Assembly (NCBI GenBank): GCA_965287045.1
Contig: OZ336870.1
Coordinates: 121,520,001 to 121,584,000, forward strand
DNA: 64,000 nt
Direction of reading: 5' to 3'
From: Carcharhinus amblyrhynchos
Taxonomy: Eukaryota
The position numbers and the translations under genes were made by a program. The notes under the pieces are model-generated. The model saw only the letters and a list, made by a program, of their open reading frames with translations, was not told where the DNA came from and made no database searches. Positions within the stretch are counted from its first letter, which is position 1; each line of letters opens with the position of its first letter. Shown one piece after another: positions 23,450-36,558 of this stretch.

Positions 23450-25930
23450 GTAATCTGGTCCATCCCTAATTGTCCTTGAGAAGGTGGTGGTGAGCTGCCT
23501 TCTTGAACTACTGCAGCCCATCTGGTGGAGGTAGGTCCATATTGTTGTTAGGAAGTGATTTGCAGAATTTTGATCCAACAACAGTAGAGGAGTAGCGATA
23601 TATTCCCAGGTCAGGATAGTGCGTGATCTGGTGGGGAACTTGCAGATGGTGCAGTTCCCAAGCATCTGCAGCTCCTAGCCACCTAGGTGGCAGAGGTCAA
23701 GAATTTGGAAAATGCTGTCATGAGATGCTGCAATGCATTTGTGGATGATACACAGTACTGCCATTATGCGCCATTGGTGGATGGAGTGAATTTTTAAAGT
23801 GGTAGATGGGATGCCAATCAAGTGGGCTGCTTGGTTCTAGATGGTGTCAAGCTTCGTGAGTGCTGCTGGAACTGCATTCATCCAGGCAAGTGGAGATTAT
23901 TCCATCACACTTTTGACTTGTGCCTTGTGAAGTGTGGACATGCTTTGGGGAGTCAGGTGGTGAGTTACTCTCCACAGAATTCCTAGTCTCTGACCTGCTC
24001 TTGTTGCCACAGTATTTATATGACTAGTCCAGTTTAGTTTCTGGTGAATGGTAACCCCCAGGATGTTGATAATGGGGAAAAAAGTAAATTACTACAGATC
24101 CTGGAATCTGAAACCAAAAGAGAAAATGCTGGAAAATCTCAGCAGGTTTGGCAGCATCTGTAAGGAGAGAAAGGAGCTGATGTTTTGAGTCCAGATGATC
24201 CTTTGTTAAAGCTAGAAGACATAGAAAGTCGGAGATATTTATACTTCAGGGTGAGGGAATGAAAGATGAGTCATGGCCACAAAAGCAAGGAGAAAGGCTG
24301 CTAATGGCAGTCCATGGAGAGAATAGAAAGTGTGAACGGCCAAATGGCAGAGAAGCTGAAATCAGAGGGTAAGCTGTGACAGATGAAGATGAAGTGGGAG
24401 GGGGAGCATGTCGGGGGGGGGGTGGGGGGTGGATGGGCAGGAGAGAGGTAAAATTGAGAAAAAAGGCGGAAAGGAAAATCAAAAAGGGAGAAAAGGAAAG
24501 GAAAGAAGGTATAAAATAGGGGAAAGATGGGGGAATAGCAAAATGAAGAAAGACAATAAAGAAGTAAAAGGTAGGTAACAGTTAAAAATGAAATGAAATG
24601 AAAACAAAAGGATCGAGGTGGGGTGGAGCTAATCATCTGGAGTTGTTGAATTCGATGTTGAGACCGGAAGGTTGTAAAATGCCTAGCTGGAAGATGAGAT
24701 GCTGTCCCTCCAGTTTGTGTTGAGCTTCACTAGAACATTGTAGCAGGCCAAAGACAGACATGTGGGCATGGGGGCAAGTTCGTGTGTTAAAATGGCAAGC
24801 AACTGAAAGGTCAACGTCCTGATTGCGCACAGACTAGAGGTGCTAATAGTGGGGAATTCAGTGATGTGATGTCATTGAATATCAAGGGGCGATGGTTAGT
24901 TCTTCTCTTCATGCATCATTGCCTGGCACTTGTGTAGTGCAACTGTCACTTGCCACCTGTCAGCCCAAGCCTGGTTATTGCTTCAGTACCTGAGGAGTTG
25001 AGAATATATTGAACATTGTGTAGTCATTGGCAAACATCCTCACGTCTGACCATATGATAGAAGGAAGATCATTGATGAAGCAGCTGAAGATTCTTGGACC
25101 TCAGACACTACCCTGAGGAACTCTGCAGTGATATCCTTGAGCTGAGATCGTTGACCTCCAACTACCGCAAGAATCTTCCTTTGAGCAGATATGATTCTGA
25201 CTAGCGGAAGTTTTCCTCTGGATTCTCATTGACTCCAGCTTTGGTAGGGGTCCGCGAAACCATACTTGGCCAAATGCTGCCTTGATATTCAGGACAGTTA
25301 CTCTCAACTCACTTCTGGAATACAGCTCTTTTGTCCATGTTTAACTAAGGCTGTAATGTAATCAGGAGCTGAGTGACCCTGGTGGAACCCAAACTGAGCA
25401 TCGGTTAACAGGTTATTGCTGAGCAAGTGCTGCTTGATAGCTTTGTTGATGAGCCCTTCCATCACTTTACTAATGCTCACTTTACTAATACTTTGCTAAC
25501 TACTACTAATCGGGAGTAGACAGATAGGACAGCAATTGTCCAGGTTGGATGTGTCCTGCTTTTTGTGCACAGGACATACATGGACATTTTCCACATTGCT
25601 GAACAACTGCATAGCTTGGTAAGTTCGGGATAATAAGTCTTCAATACTATTGCTGGAATATTTTCAGGTCCATAGCCTTTACAATAATGCCTTTAACCGA
25701 GTCTTAATATCACGTGGAGTGAATCAAATTGGCTGAAAACTGACATCTATAGTTCTGGGGAACTGAAGAAGAAGCTGAGATGAATCACCCACTCGGCATT
25801 TCCGGCTGAAAATTGTTGTGAATGCTTCAGCCTTTTTTTTTGCATTGACATCTTGACTGCTCCATCATTGAGGATGGGAATATTTGGGGGGCCTTCTCTT
25901 CCAGCGAGTTGTTTTATTGTCCAACACTAA
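23450..25930 (-). mobile_element. Decayed CR1-clade LINE (second lineage), RT to 3' end, split by a Penelope insertion
   Basis: ORF 25101-25307 (RVTVLNIKAAFGQVW..KLESM.I, VPQGSV) is a degenerate LDIKAAFDRVWH / GVPQGSVLGP RT motif. The sequence resumes in register after 24842. Confidence 0.8.
24080..24842 (-). mobile_element. Penelope-like element 3' fragment (GIY-YIG C-terminus plus pLTR)
   Basis: ORF 24633-24830 (VACHFN..H..MSVFGLLQC..EAQHKLEGQHLIFQLGILQPSGLNIEFNN) is typical of the PLE endonuclease end. Pyrimidine-rich UTR and CAGATGCTGC..CCTGCTGAG..TTCCAGCATTTT terminus. Degenerate TSD at 24062-24079 / 24839-24856. Confidence 0.88.
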
Positions 25931-25947
25931 CACTGCATATATCTTAG

Positions 25948-26665
25948 GTTTTGATTTGATTTGATTTATTATTGTCACATGTATTCACATGTCACATGAT
26001 CAGCATGGGCTTGGAGGGCCAAAGGGCTTGTTCCTGTGCTGTACTTTTCTTTGTTCTTTGTCCTTTGTATTGGTATACAATGAAAAGTATTATTTCTTGT
26101 GTTAAAATGGCAGGCGTGGCATGCACGGCAGAGGAAGATCAACTTTGATTAAAGCTCATCTCCCTTGAAAAGAGTTTAAGCGCATCAAACAAATTGTACC
26201 AATTGTTGTACTTCTAGATCAGGAGGACGATCCCATATAACAGAAGGCAATGTGGGATTTGGCCAACTGACTAATTGATTCGATTTGATGTATTATTGTC
26301 ACATGTATTGGTATACAATGAAAAGTATTGTTTCTTGCCCACTACACAGACAAAGACAGAGAGAAGGAAAGGAGAGGGTGCAGAATGTAGTGTTACAGTC
26401 ATAGCTAAGGTGTAGAAAAAGACCAACTTAGTATGAGGTAGTTCCATTCAAAAGTCTGATGGTAGCAGAGAAGATGCTGTTCTTGAGTTGGTTGGTACGA
26501 AATCTCAGACTTTGGTATCTTTTTTCTGACAGAAGAAGGTGGAAGAGAGTATGTCTGGGGTATGTGGGGTCCTTGATTATGCTAGCTGCTTTTCCGAGGC
26601 AGCAGGGAAGTATAGCGGGAGTTAATGAGAGGGAGGCTGATTTGTGTGACAGGCTGGGCTACATT
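25948..26665 (-). mobile_element. Composite: Rex1 3' fragment (26275-26665), spacer, MITE piece, and a second Rex1 tail (25948-26100) interrupted by a CR1 tail
   Basis: Two (GATTT)n TATTATTGTCACATG tails. CR1 tail GGGCCAAAGGGCTTGTTCCTGTGCTGTAC at about 25995-26065 (+). 26105-26660 aligns with 102-670. Confidence 0.85.
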
Positions 26666-27937
26666 GGAGGCATGTTACAACATTGGGCATGAATTAAACG
26701 CAGCCTGAACAGGGAAGTAAGTCCTGTAAAATGAATTTTAATTTGCGTACAATATTTATTTTAATTATGTTCTGATTGTTTGATGGAGCTGAATGGAAAT
26801 ATTTCCTCCATTCTTTGTAAATCTGACCAGAGCCTCTTTACTTGATTGGCAAATGACTAATACTGCACAGGGGCTTTTTCACAGTGATTCTCTCCTAGCT
26901 CTGAATTTGGCAGGGAATTATGAAAGAAAACCTTGTTATTGTTCATTATAGAAACTGTACTATCATTGAAGATTTTAAAACTCACAAAGATATTGGCTGG
27001 GATTCTCCTTGTGTTAAATTTTGATAATATTGCACCAGGATTTAAAACTAACCGACAAATGTTCCTCAATTCTACCCAGTCTTTAATAAATAGGTTTGTG
27101 CAGCGAGGTAAAAAACAATGTGAGCCTTAATCTTCCATGATCCAATATATCAGTGAGGTCACAGAAAATCACTTACTTTGGCTACCGAGAAAATGTTGTG
27201 TAACATGAATGAATTGATCCATCTCAATTAATTTCAGTCTTCTTTAGCACCCCTGTGGCATAGTCCAGACTACTTAATTGGGGAAAAAGCGGCTATCTGG
27301 AATGAATTTCTTATATCAAAGGTTTTTTTTGTCAGGGGTCATCTTGAGTCCTTTAATCAAGTCTACAGGAGAGTATGGCTTGGCTCAGTTAGAACTGTTT
27401 GATTATTTTTGATTAAGTTATGCGTTAATACCACAGCTTAGCCCACATCCTGTCTTTTCCTCCATTTCAGAATTAAAGGATTCCATTAAAAGTCAAACTA
27501 GCAAAGGACACATGCATGGCTTCAAATATGTCACAATGTTACTTTCTGTTGGTCTCACTGCTTTATGCAATTGAAAGTGACATAGGAAATAGACGTAAAT
27601 CTACAAATGGTCAGCGATTTGGTAAAAGACTGTACTGTGAAGGTACTTACTGATAATGGAGAAAATCAAATTGAATTTGGTACCTACTCTACCAGATATA
27701 ATTACATGGAAACAATGCAAAGTTTGAAATTAAAGTGCATTTTCTAATCCTTTCACTAGCAGTTCCAGTTTTGCTGAAGTTTCAAAACAGTAAGCTCTTT
27801 GAAGAGTCATTTTGAGTAATGTTTTGTTGATCTTTTCCTGCCAATTTGCTCTTCTGCTTGAAGTTTTGCTTGGATTTAGAAGGACAGAGGTGGGATCCAA
27901 CACCAGTATCTTATCTATAGGCAGCTATTCTTCAGGT

Positions 27938-28503
27938 AAAAAATAAAAGCAAATTGCTGCGGATGCTGGAATCTGAAACCAAAAGAGAAAATGCTGGAAA
28001 ATCTCAACAAGTCTGGCAACATCTGTAAGGAGAAAAAAGAGGGGATGTTTTGAGTCCAGATAAGCCTTTGTCAAAGCTAAAAGACATAGAAAATAGGAGA
28101 TATTTATATTGTAAGGTGAGAAGATGAAAGATGAGACATAGCCACAATACAAGGGGAAAGGCTGCTAACGGCAATCCATAGAGAAAAATAGAAGGTGTGA
28201 TTGGCCAAAATGCAAAGAAGCTAAAATCAGAGGGTAAACTTTGACAGATGAAGACACGGGGACAGGGGGAAGATGCATGGGAGAGAAGTGAAATTGAGAA
28301 AAAGGGGGAAAAGAGAAGCAACAGGTGAGAAAAGGTAAGAAGGGGGATAAAATAAGGGGAAGAGTGGGGGGAAAAGAAAAATAAAGAAAGACAGTGAAGA
28401 AATAAGAGTTGGGGAAGAGTTAAAAATTAAATAAGATCATGAAGAGGGGTGGGTAGTGTGAATCATCTGAAATTGTTGAATTGGATGTTGAGACCTTTAG
28501 GTT
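27938..28503 (-). mobile_element. Penelope-like element 3' fragment with a perfect 12-bp TSD
   Basis: Homologous to 24080-24665. TATTCTTCAGGT at 27926-27937 and 28504-28515. Confidence 0.9.
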
Positions 28504-28639
28504 TATTCTTCAGGTGTAATCTTTGGCAATAAGGGCTGGCAATTTATCCATTACAGAAGACGTCACCACCACAGATCCAATTTTATCCTTATTTAAACAA
28601 TGTCCTCACATGCACATGTGCTCAAAATAATAGAAAAAC

Positions 28640-28985
28640 AGAATCTTTTTTCAATGATGTGAAATTTGTAAATGTTGATGTTCACAGGGACTTGGGTGTA
28701 TTTATACAGGAACACAGAAGCTGGTATACCAATTCAACAAACAATTAGGAAGCTTGATAAGATAGATGCTGAATGGTTGTTTAAGCTATCTGAGGAATCT
28801 AGACATGGGGGCACAGTCTCAGGATAAGGGAACAATTGTTTAGGACTGAGCTGAGTAAAAATTGCTTCACCCAAATGGTTTTGAGTGTTTGTAATTCTCT
28901 ACCACAGAGGGTTGTAAATGCTATTTAAGGCTGAGACAAACATTTAGTTCCTCAAGGAATCAAGGGATATGGGGAGCAGCAGTGT
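28640..28985 (+). mobile_element. Old, internally deleted CR1 fragment
   Basis: AGGGACTTGGGTGTA (RDLGV), GGGCACAGTCTCAGGATAAGGG (GHSLRI), TTCACCCAAATGGTT and AAGGGATATGGGGAG. Confidence 0.75.
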
Positions 28986-30580
28986 AGCATTGGTAGTTCC
29001 TCTACCAATCTTACCCAGCTGACCTACTGTAAGAGCCTCTTGGATTTGTTTGTGGCCGAAAATATATGTTTCTATTTTACCAAAAGGCTTCATCAATTCG
29101 ATTCACATCCTTCTCTCTAATGTTGCTGAGATATCTTTATCTTTTACTTTTAGGATATTAATCCCAGTCATTTTTTCTTCCAATATCCTGTCATAATTAC
29201 AGGTGAGACCTTTCTGTAGAGAATGAGTTCTCTTCAATTTTGACAGAGAATGCCTGGATAGCAGCTGCCTGACAATTTGTCCCCATCAAAATTAGAGAAC
29301 GATTCCTCCTCCCTCTTCTCCTGTCTCATCAGGGCAAGCAAACACTCCAATAAAATCTATGGTTGAATTCGCAGTCAACAGCTAACAATTGATATCGCAC
29401 AGATGTCAATTTTGTGCAATACTGTTGTGGGCCATCACAAATAGTGCACTATTTGTGTTGAGAAGAACAAAAATAAAGCCTGTCCTGTGGGAAAAATCTT
29501 AGGAAGAATCATTGTCTGACTGTAGAGTGATACACCAATCAAGCTCTCTTAAGCCTATCATAAGTATATCAGCGTGGGCAAAGGGGATTTTAACATCAAG
29601 GTAATTTGACATCAGGCAATGAAATAAGAGCTGCCCAATGTGACCAACTGGCTTTTCACACTAATGCAGCAAAGCCTGGCCACCATTTATCCATGGCTCA
29701 CTCCAATTACATTGCTTCAATGTACAGAAAGGTGAGAGCTGAATAGTTTAGCAATAAGGTTCAATAGAGAGGGCTAATGCGCACATACCTGTAAATAGAT
29801 TAGTCCCCTCCCCCTCACATTTGTCAAAAGTGTAATAATTAGACAGGACTTGAGCATAGGCAGAAGTAATGCATGTTACCCAGACAAATGTTAACACACA
29901 ACAAATTCCTTACCATGACATTTTAACTGAGATATTAGTTTATTTTATATGTGCAATCCTCTGTTAAAAGCACAGAGATGTGCAAGATAACACTGCTCAG
30001 AATATTTTGTGTAAATAAAGTAATTAATCCAATTACCAAACATTCAATCAAATGAGTAATGTTGCTTTGCTGTCATCATTTGACCCAGTGTTACTTTGCA
30101 GACTTGAGGAAATCCCATTCTGAAAAGTTTTGTCCACAAATTTCAGATCTTTGAGATGCCCTGTGTGTGTTATATGATAAATTGTGATGATTGCGTGACG
30201 GGCCATCAGCTCAAACCAACCCATGATCACCTCCATCAAAAGCATTTGTCTCCTTGATGGGATGTTCCCAATTCATCTTGTCCCAGTCATCATTACAAAT
30301 GATTGTAAATCATTTCCAGCAGAGAGACTTTCGGCCTTACAGGGTCCATGTCCATTTTTATGTTCCACAAAAGTCTCCTCCCATCATTCTTCATTTAATG
30401 TCATAACATATCCTCCTATTACTTCCTCCTTTGTGTGTTATCCAGCTTTCCCTTACATGCAGATACATTTTTTGCCTCAAATATTCCATATAGTGATGAG
30501 TTCCAGAGTCCGACTACTCCTTTTAAAGAATTTATGCCTGAATCCTCTACCCTAGTTTGGTCGTGATTACAAGTAAAAGT

Positions 30581-30825
30581 GGAACAATTTTAACCTAACT
30601 CACCAATTGGAAAATCCACTGGATTTTACACCCCACCAATGGTGGCAATTTTAACCTATCCTTAACAGTCAGGTAACTAATGGGATTGGGTGAAACATTT
30701 GTTTCATATTTATCTGATTCTGTTCTGCAATGAAGTCAACAAATAATATTGGGTGGTGTATAAAAGTCAGCATTCCGCTTTACTCTGTGTTCTCCTTCGC
30801 CAATGAGTTAGGTTAAAATTGCTCT
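30581..30825. mobile_element. MITE with 21-bp TIRs
   Basis: GAACAATTTTAACCTAACTCA...TGAGTTAGGTTAAAATTGCTC (20/21 match), plus an internal third copy of CAATTTTAACCTA near 30647. Confidence 0.75.
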
Positions 30826-31674
30826 TGTCACCTTAAAGTTGACGCTATCGAACCCTTTCATGATATTGAAGATCTCTGCCAGATTACCCGAGTCTTCTAA
30901 CTTATAGAAATAACTTCTATGTTCTTTCTATTGTATGGAAAGTAGCACCAACACTCCAAGTGCGCGTTTGACAAATATCATTCTCATAGTTGGTAATGAA
31001 CACATTTGATTTACATCCCGAGAACTGGCTCCACTGCATTCAAGCCATTTATCATTGAACCCAGAAAATTACAGACATACATGAAGAATGAAGGAAAGAG
31101 AAAAATGGGCCTAAAATATTGCTTTGGGGGTAACTGTGTGGTTTAGTAATTTACAAATTTTTGTTTGATAGCAACAGCAATTAACTAGAGAAATCACTGT
31201 GTTCTCACCTGAAATGAGCACTGATTGCGAGCATTAGGTTGGGGGAGTTCTGATTTTTGAGAACTTAAAATCAGCTGTGGTAAGGCCAACTAGAGCTTCA
31301 TTACTACATTGTCCAATTCTGAGCAGCATAGGACTGAAGCCATGCTTTCAAATATAATTTAAGATATTGATATTATATCTTTTCAATATTCCTTTGGCAA
31401 TCCCATCCTTGGTTACTGGTAGGATGGACTTTCTGCCTTCAATTTTCTGCTAGTGATTGTCTTTTTTTTGTCCTACGTCCTGCCACAACACTATTAAGAG
31501 CTAATCTGGATGTTTTGCCCTGACAGTCATTGCCTAAAATGCCAAGTGAATTCGTAAGAAGATATAATACATCTGTTGCAGTATTTTTGTCTTCACTGTC
31601 TTCACTCTAAGAGGAATATCCATAGCATAGTCAAACCATCATTCTTCAGCTTTAACAGTACAAAATACATCAGC

Positions 31675-32380
31675 TTTTTCTAGGTGTTTAGATCACCAAC
31701 AACCTGCCCTGGTTCCCCACCCAACACAATTGTTACAAAAGCCTACCAATGCCTTTACTTTCTCAAGAGGCTAAGGAAATTTGGCATGTCCACTACGACT
31801 CTCACCAATTTTGATAGATGTACCAAAGAAAGCATCTTTTCTGGATGTATCACAGCTTGGTATGGCTCCTGCAGTGACCAAGACCTCAAGAAACTACAAA
31901 GGATTATGAATGTAGCCAATCCATCATGCAAACTAGCCTCCTATTCATTGACTCCATACACATTTCTCACTGTCTCAGAAAAAGAAGCTAGCATAATCGA
32001 GGACCCCATACATCCCTGGGGATATCGCATTCACCTTCTTCCATTGGGAAAAAGATACAAAAGGTTGAGATCATCCACCCTCCAACTCAAGAATATCTTC
32101 ATCTCTGCTACCATCAGGCTTTTGAATGGACCTACTTTATATTAGATTGATCTTTCTCTACACCCTAGCTATGACTGTAACACTATATTTTGCACCCTCA
32201 CCTTTCTTTTGCCTCGACATACTCTAGGAACAGGGCACAAGAAACAATACTTTTCACTGTATACCAATACAATGATAAATCAAATCAAATCAAATCAAGT
32301 GGGTGGCTTTAGTGCCCGTATAGGGCACAAGAAACAATACTTTTCACTATATACCAGCACAATAATAAATCAAATCAAGT
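31675..32380 (+). mobile_element. Rex1/Babar LINE 3' fragment with duplicated tail
   Basis: ORF 31684-32145: KAYQCLYFLKRLRKFGM..LTNF.RCT.ESI.SGCITAWYG. (CAAAT)n tails at about 32280 and 32370. Confidence 0.92.
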
Positions 32381-33767
32381 GGGTGACTTTAGTGACTCTT
32401 CAACTCTGACACCTCTAATGCTGCCATCCGCACATCCTGGTTAAACAAAGTTACAATGAAACTTACAAAAAACAGAGACTTATTGCAAAACATCAGTAGC
32501 CTAGTAGGTAAAATATTCGTAACTCTGAAATCAGGAACTACAAACTGCCTTCAATATACCAAGGCATCTTACAACTTCAAACACTGGGCTTGGTCTATTG
32601 TATGCAGAATTGATGTATGTGGAATTTTCACTGAATCAGAATCACTGATATTTCTCCATTACAGTTTTTGTTTCCTTTACAATTTGCTTGGGCCTATCAC
32701 TTTAGTGAAGATAGTTCATGCAAGTTAGTGCAAAGTAGCTTCCGGTTTTGGGAAAAAAATGACTTCTGGAGAATGGGAAGTTATTTACCCATCATCCCTA
32801 GCAACAGCGAAACCACGCTATCACTTACATGAATGCTTACAAAATTCTATCATAAGGATAGAGCAGTTTCTCTGCCATCATCAACGTCACATAAAGAAAT
32901 TTCTTGCCTCTAGAGTCAAGGAAAGTGGTGTGAACAGCAAGGTGAGCAATCCTTTTTGGTGCAGCTTCATGCCTATGTATCTTTCAAGAGTTGCTGGTGA
33001 CTCCACTCCTTCTGCCTCTTCCATTGTTTTCTTTTTCTCGGCATCTGATAGTGAATCTCATTCATTGATCTTTGGCTTTGGAAAGTGAAGGTAAATGAGC
33101 TTCAAAGATCATTTTAGAATGATGAACATGACTGCAAATCCAACCTGTCATTCACTGCTCAACCAGAAGACTGCAGTTTTACTCCTAACCTGATGTATTT
33201 TCACCCTGCTTTGTTTTCAGTCCATGCTTAGACTTCCTTTGGAAACTCCAATATAGCAACATAGCTAATTTCCCCTTTTTTGCTTTGTGACCGCCCTTAT
33301 GCTGGTACGTGGAACTGAGAAGTGCAGTTTATTACTGAACTTTGCTCCAAGTCAAAGCAGTTTGAAATGAAATGGGAACATTGACTGCAAAACATAAGTG
33401 AGAAGAGCAGAATGTTTACGTGTAAGTTGGGAATTTTTACATTCTTGCAACTGATTAGATGCTGGTCATAATCTCAGCTACTTCTTCAAGATTATTTGAA
33501 AATGTTTTATGGTACATCCAATTGCTCATTTTGAAAATAAAGATATCTGCAAAATAGGGCCAGCTGATGCCAATGTCCTCAATTCCTGCAATATACAAGT
33601 TTCATTACATGAAAGCTCTACACAACAAAAAAACTTGATGCAACAACAAAAGTATTTGGATGACAATACTTTGCAAATGATTTTTATAAGAATAAGCTGT
33701 TGAAGTTCAGGCCATGCACAATTTTCATTTCATGATCACAGAAGAAAACCAAGTTTTGAGTTGTATC

Positions 33768-34425
33768 AACACCAGTGCCCCATAAGGCTGTGTTCTCAGC
33801 CCCCTACTATATCCTTGTACACCTATGACTGTGTAGCCAAATTCCCCTCCAATTCGATTTTCAAGTTTGCTGATGACATCATGATAGTAGGTCAAATCTC
33901 AAACAATGACAAGACAGAGTACAGGAATGAGATAGAGAATTTAGTGAACTGATGCGGCAATAATAATTTCTCCATCAATGTCAACAAAATGAAGGAGATT
34001 GTCATCGACTTTAGGAAGCATAAAGGAGAACATGCCCAACCCATCACGCAAACCAGCCTCCCATCCACTGACCCTATCTACACTTCCCACTGCCTCAGCA
34101 AAGCAGTCAGCATAATCAAGGTTCCCACAGACCCTGGACATTCTCTCTTCCACTTTCTTCTGTCGGGAAAAAGATGCAAAAGTCTGAGGTCACATACCAA
34201 TCAACTCAAGAATAGCTTCTTCCCTGCTGCTGCCAGATTTTTAAATGGACCTATCTTGCATTAAGTTGATATTTTTCCACACCTGAGCTATAACTGTAAC
34301 ACCACATTCTGCACGGTCTTGTTTCCTTCTCTATGAACAGTATGCTTTGTCTGTATAGCACACAAGAAACAATACTTTTCACTGCACGTTAATACATGTG
34401 ATACTAATAAATCAAATCAATTCAA
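33768..34425 (+). mobile_element. Rex1/Babar LINE fragment with an internal deletion
   Basis: YTYDCVAKFPSNSIFKFADD..GQISNND.TEYRNEIENLV, then a jump at about 34035 directly into AQPITQTSLPS. AATAAATCAAATC tail. Confidence 0.92.
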
Positions 34426-36019
34426 AAAAAAAATTAGGCTATTTTGGATTAAACAAAATATCCATTTGGCCAAAATGAAGAGAAGAAAAAATCAAAATAC
34501 ATAAATGCATTAAAAAACCAGTATAAGCGTGTTGACTAAAATCTGGCATTCTCTATTGAAACACGATTTCCCCCATGTCATCTTCAATTAAGTAATTAGT
34601 CTTCATTGTGCAATGGTACGTTTGATTAATGGCTAGAGGGAAGCCTTTGGTTCATCATACCTGTGCTGACTCTAAAGTGTATTCCAAATAATTTCATTCC
34701 CCATTCTCATAGCCTTGCATTTTTTTCTTTCCAACTATTCATCCAATTTCCTTCTAAAGATTAATATTAAATTGAGTTTTGCCATTCTTTCAGGATATGC
34801 CTTCCAAATCATAATTGATTGCATAAAAAATGCAATGATTCTCCTCATCCCACATTTTTGTTTTGATGATTACCTTAAATCTGTGTCCTCTGATAGAAGT
34901 TAGACGTTTATGCCTGACGTGGCTGCTATCTGTAAGGGTAGGTTCCAGAGTGAATGTCATCAGCGGTTAGTTGCCTCAGTAAGTCTGGGTGCACATTCCA
35001 TAATCTGTCCAGGCTGGGTCCACAAATGTGTGCATGTGGTCAGCAATGACGCTGGGATTTATTTTCACAATTGCATGGTTGCTGTCCGCCAGACAGCTAA
35101 TTTCAGAACACTTACTGGACATCTCTTGCTGGAGTTTGTCATTGTGGGCTCTCTGAAATGTGAGGGCATCTTTAGTCATTGTGCTATTATTTGTTTGTGG
35201 AGGGGTGGAGGTGGGTGATATGAATCATGACCTTTCAGTACTGACCTTGTTAGTGCAATCATTCTTGCCTGTGGTTGAAAACTCTGGTACTTGTGTATCA
35301 TTTGCTCCTTGAGTTAGTCTATGATTAATGAAAATCTATAAGTGGGTTTGTGGGAGTGTCTGTCAGGCTTTGGTCTCACTATCTGAAATGAAGGCTAGAC
35401 TATTTTCTATGGTAAAGGTTCCTGCCTGCATTACCCTATTTATCTTCCTCCAGATGATCTTTGCTTTAATTTGAACTGTGTGTACAAGGATATAATCGGA
35501 TTTTTTTTTACAGTGAGTTGTAAACAATTTCTTAGGCCACCTACATTATATTGCAGAATATATACAAATTGCACGATCTGACAGGTATGTATATTGAGCC
35601 TTCCATGTGGTTCGATATATTTAGTAGTATTCCTTGTTGACAGGATCCGAGGAATATCAATACTCAGATCGATAGTTTTTTTGTTAGGTAAGGAGATCAG
35701 TGGCATGGGAGAAAGGGGAGTTGCAGGTCAGTCATGATCGAATTGAATGGCAAGACCAGCTTCTGGGGCTGAAGAGCTCAATCCTCTTCCCTTATTCCTG
35801 GGGGCACAGATTGGTTCAATCATGAAACAGGGGACAAGGGGTTGAATTGACAACTCCTGTTACACCAACACTGTTTTCTTTTCCATTGATGTTATTATAA
35901 CTTTGCCTGCCAATAAAAGTTGAAATTGGGCAAAAGGCTGGGCCTCCCGTAGCTCTTGAACTCATTACCAAAGAAAGTATTTGAGGCCAAAGCTTTGTCT
36001 GATTTCGAAAAGAAATTAG

Positions 36020-36558
36020 AACATAGAACACTACAGCACAAACAGGCCCTTCGGCCCACAAGTTGCGCTAATCACTTCTATACCTACTAAGCCATAGACC
36101 TATCTATAACCCCCAATCCCATAAGATCCCATATACTCATCCAGAAGTCTTTTAAAAGACCCCAGCGAGTTCGCCTCCACCACCACTGATGGCAGCCAAT
36201 TCCATTCACTCGCCACCCTCTGAGTGAAAAACTTACCCCTAATATCACTTCTGTACTTGCTTCCCTGCACCTTAAATCTGTGTCCTCTCGTTGCGACCAT
36301 TTCAGCCCGGGGAAATAGCCTCTGAGAATCCACCCTATCTATTCCTCTCAACATTTTATAAACCTCTATCAGGTCTCCTCTCAACCTTCGTCTCTCCAGA
36401 GAGAAGAGACCTAGCTCCCTCAACCTATCTTCATAAGGCATGTCTCCCAATCCAGGCAACATCCTTGTAAATCTCCTCTGCACCCTTTCAATAGCTTCCA
36501 CGTCCTTCCTATAGTGAGGCGACCAGAACTGCGCACAGTACTCCAAGTGGGGTCTGAC
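36020..36558 (-). mobile_element. Young CR1 3' fragment inserted into an older + strand CR1 (about 35983-36019 and 36570-36700)
   Basis: Open frame LVRPHLEYCAQFWSP...YEDRLRELGLFSLERRRLRGDLIEVYK to the stop at 36100. TSD AAAGAAATTAG (36009-36019) / AAGGAAATTAG (36559-36569). Confidence 0.95.

Noticed and set aside
24395-24437. G-quadruplex-like G runs (also 3340-3366)
   Set aside because: They lie within transposon low-complexity segments, with no evidence of function.
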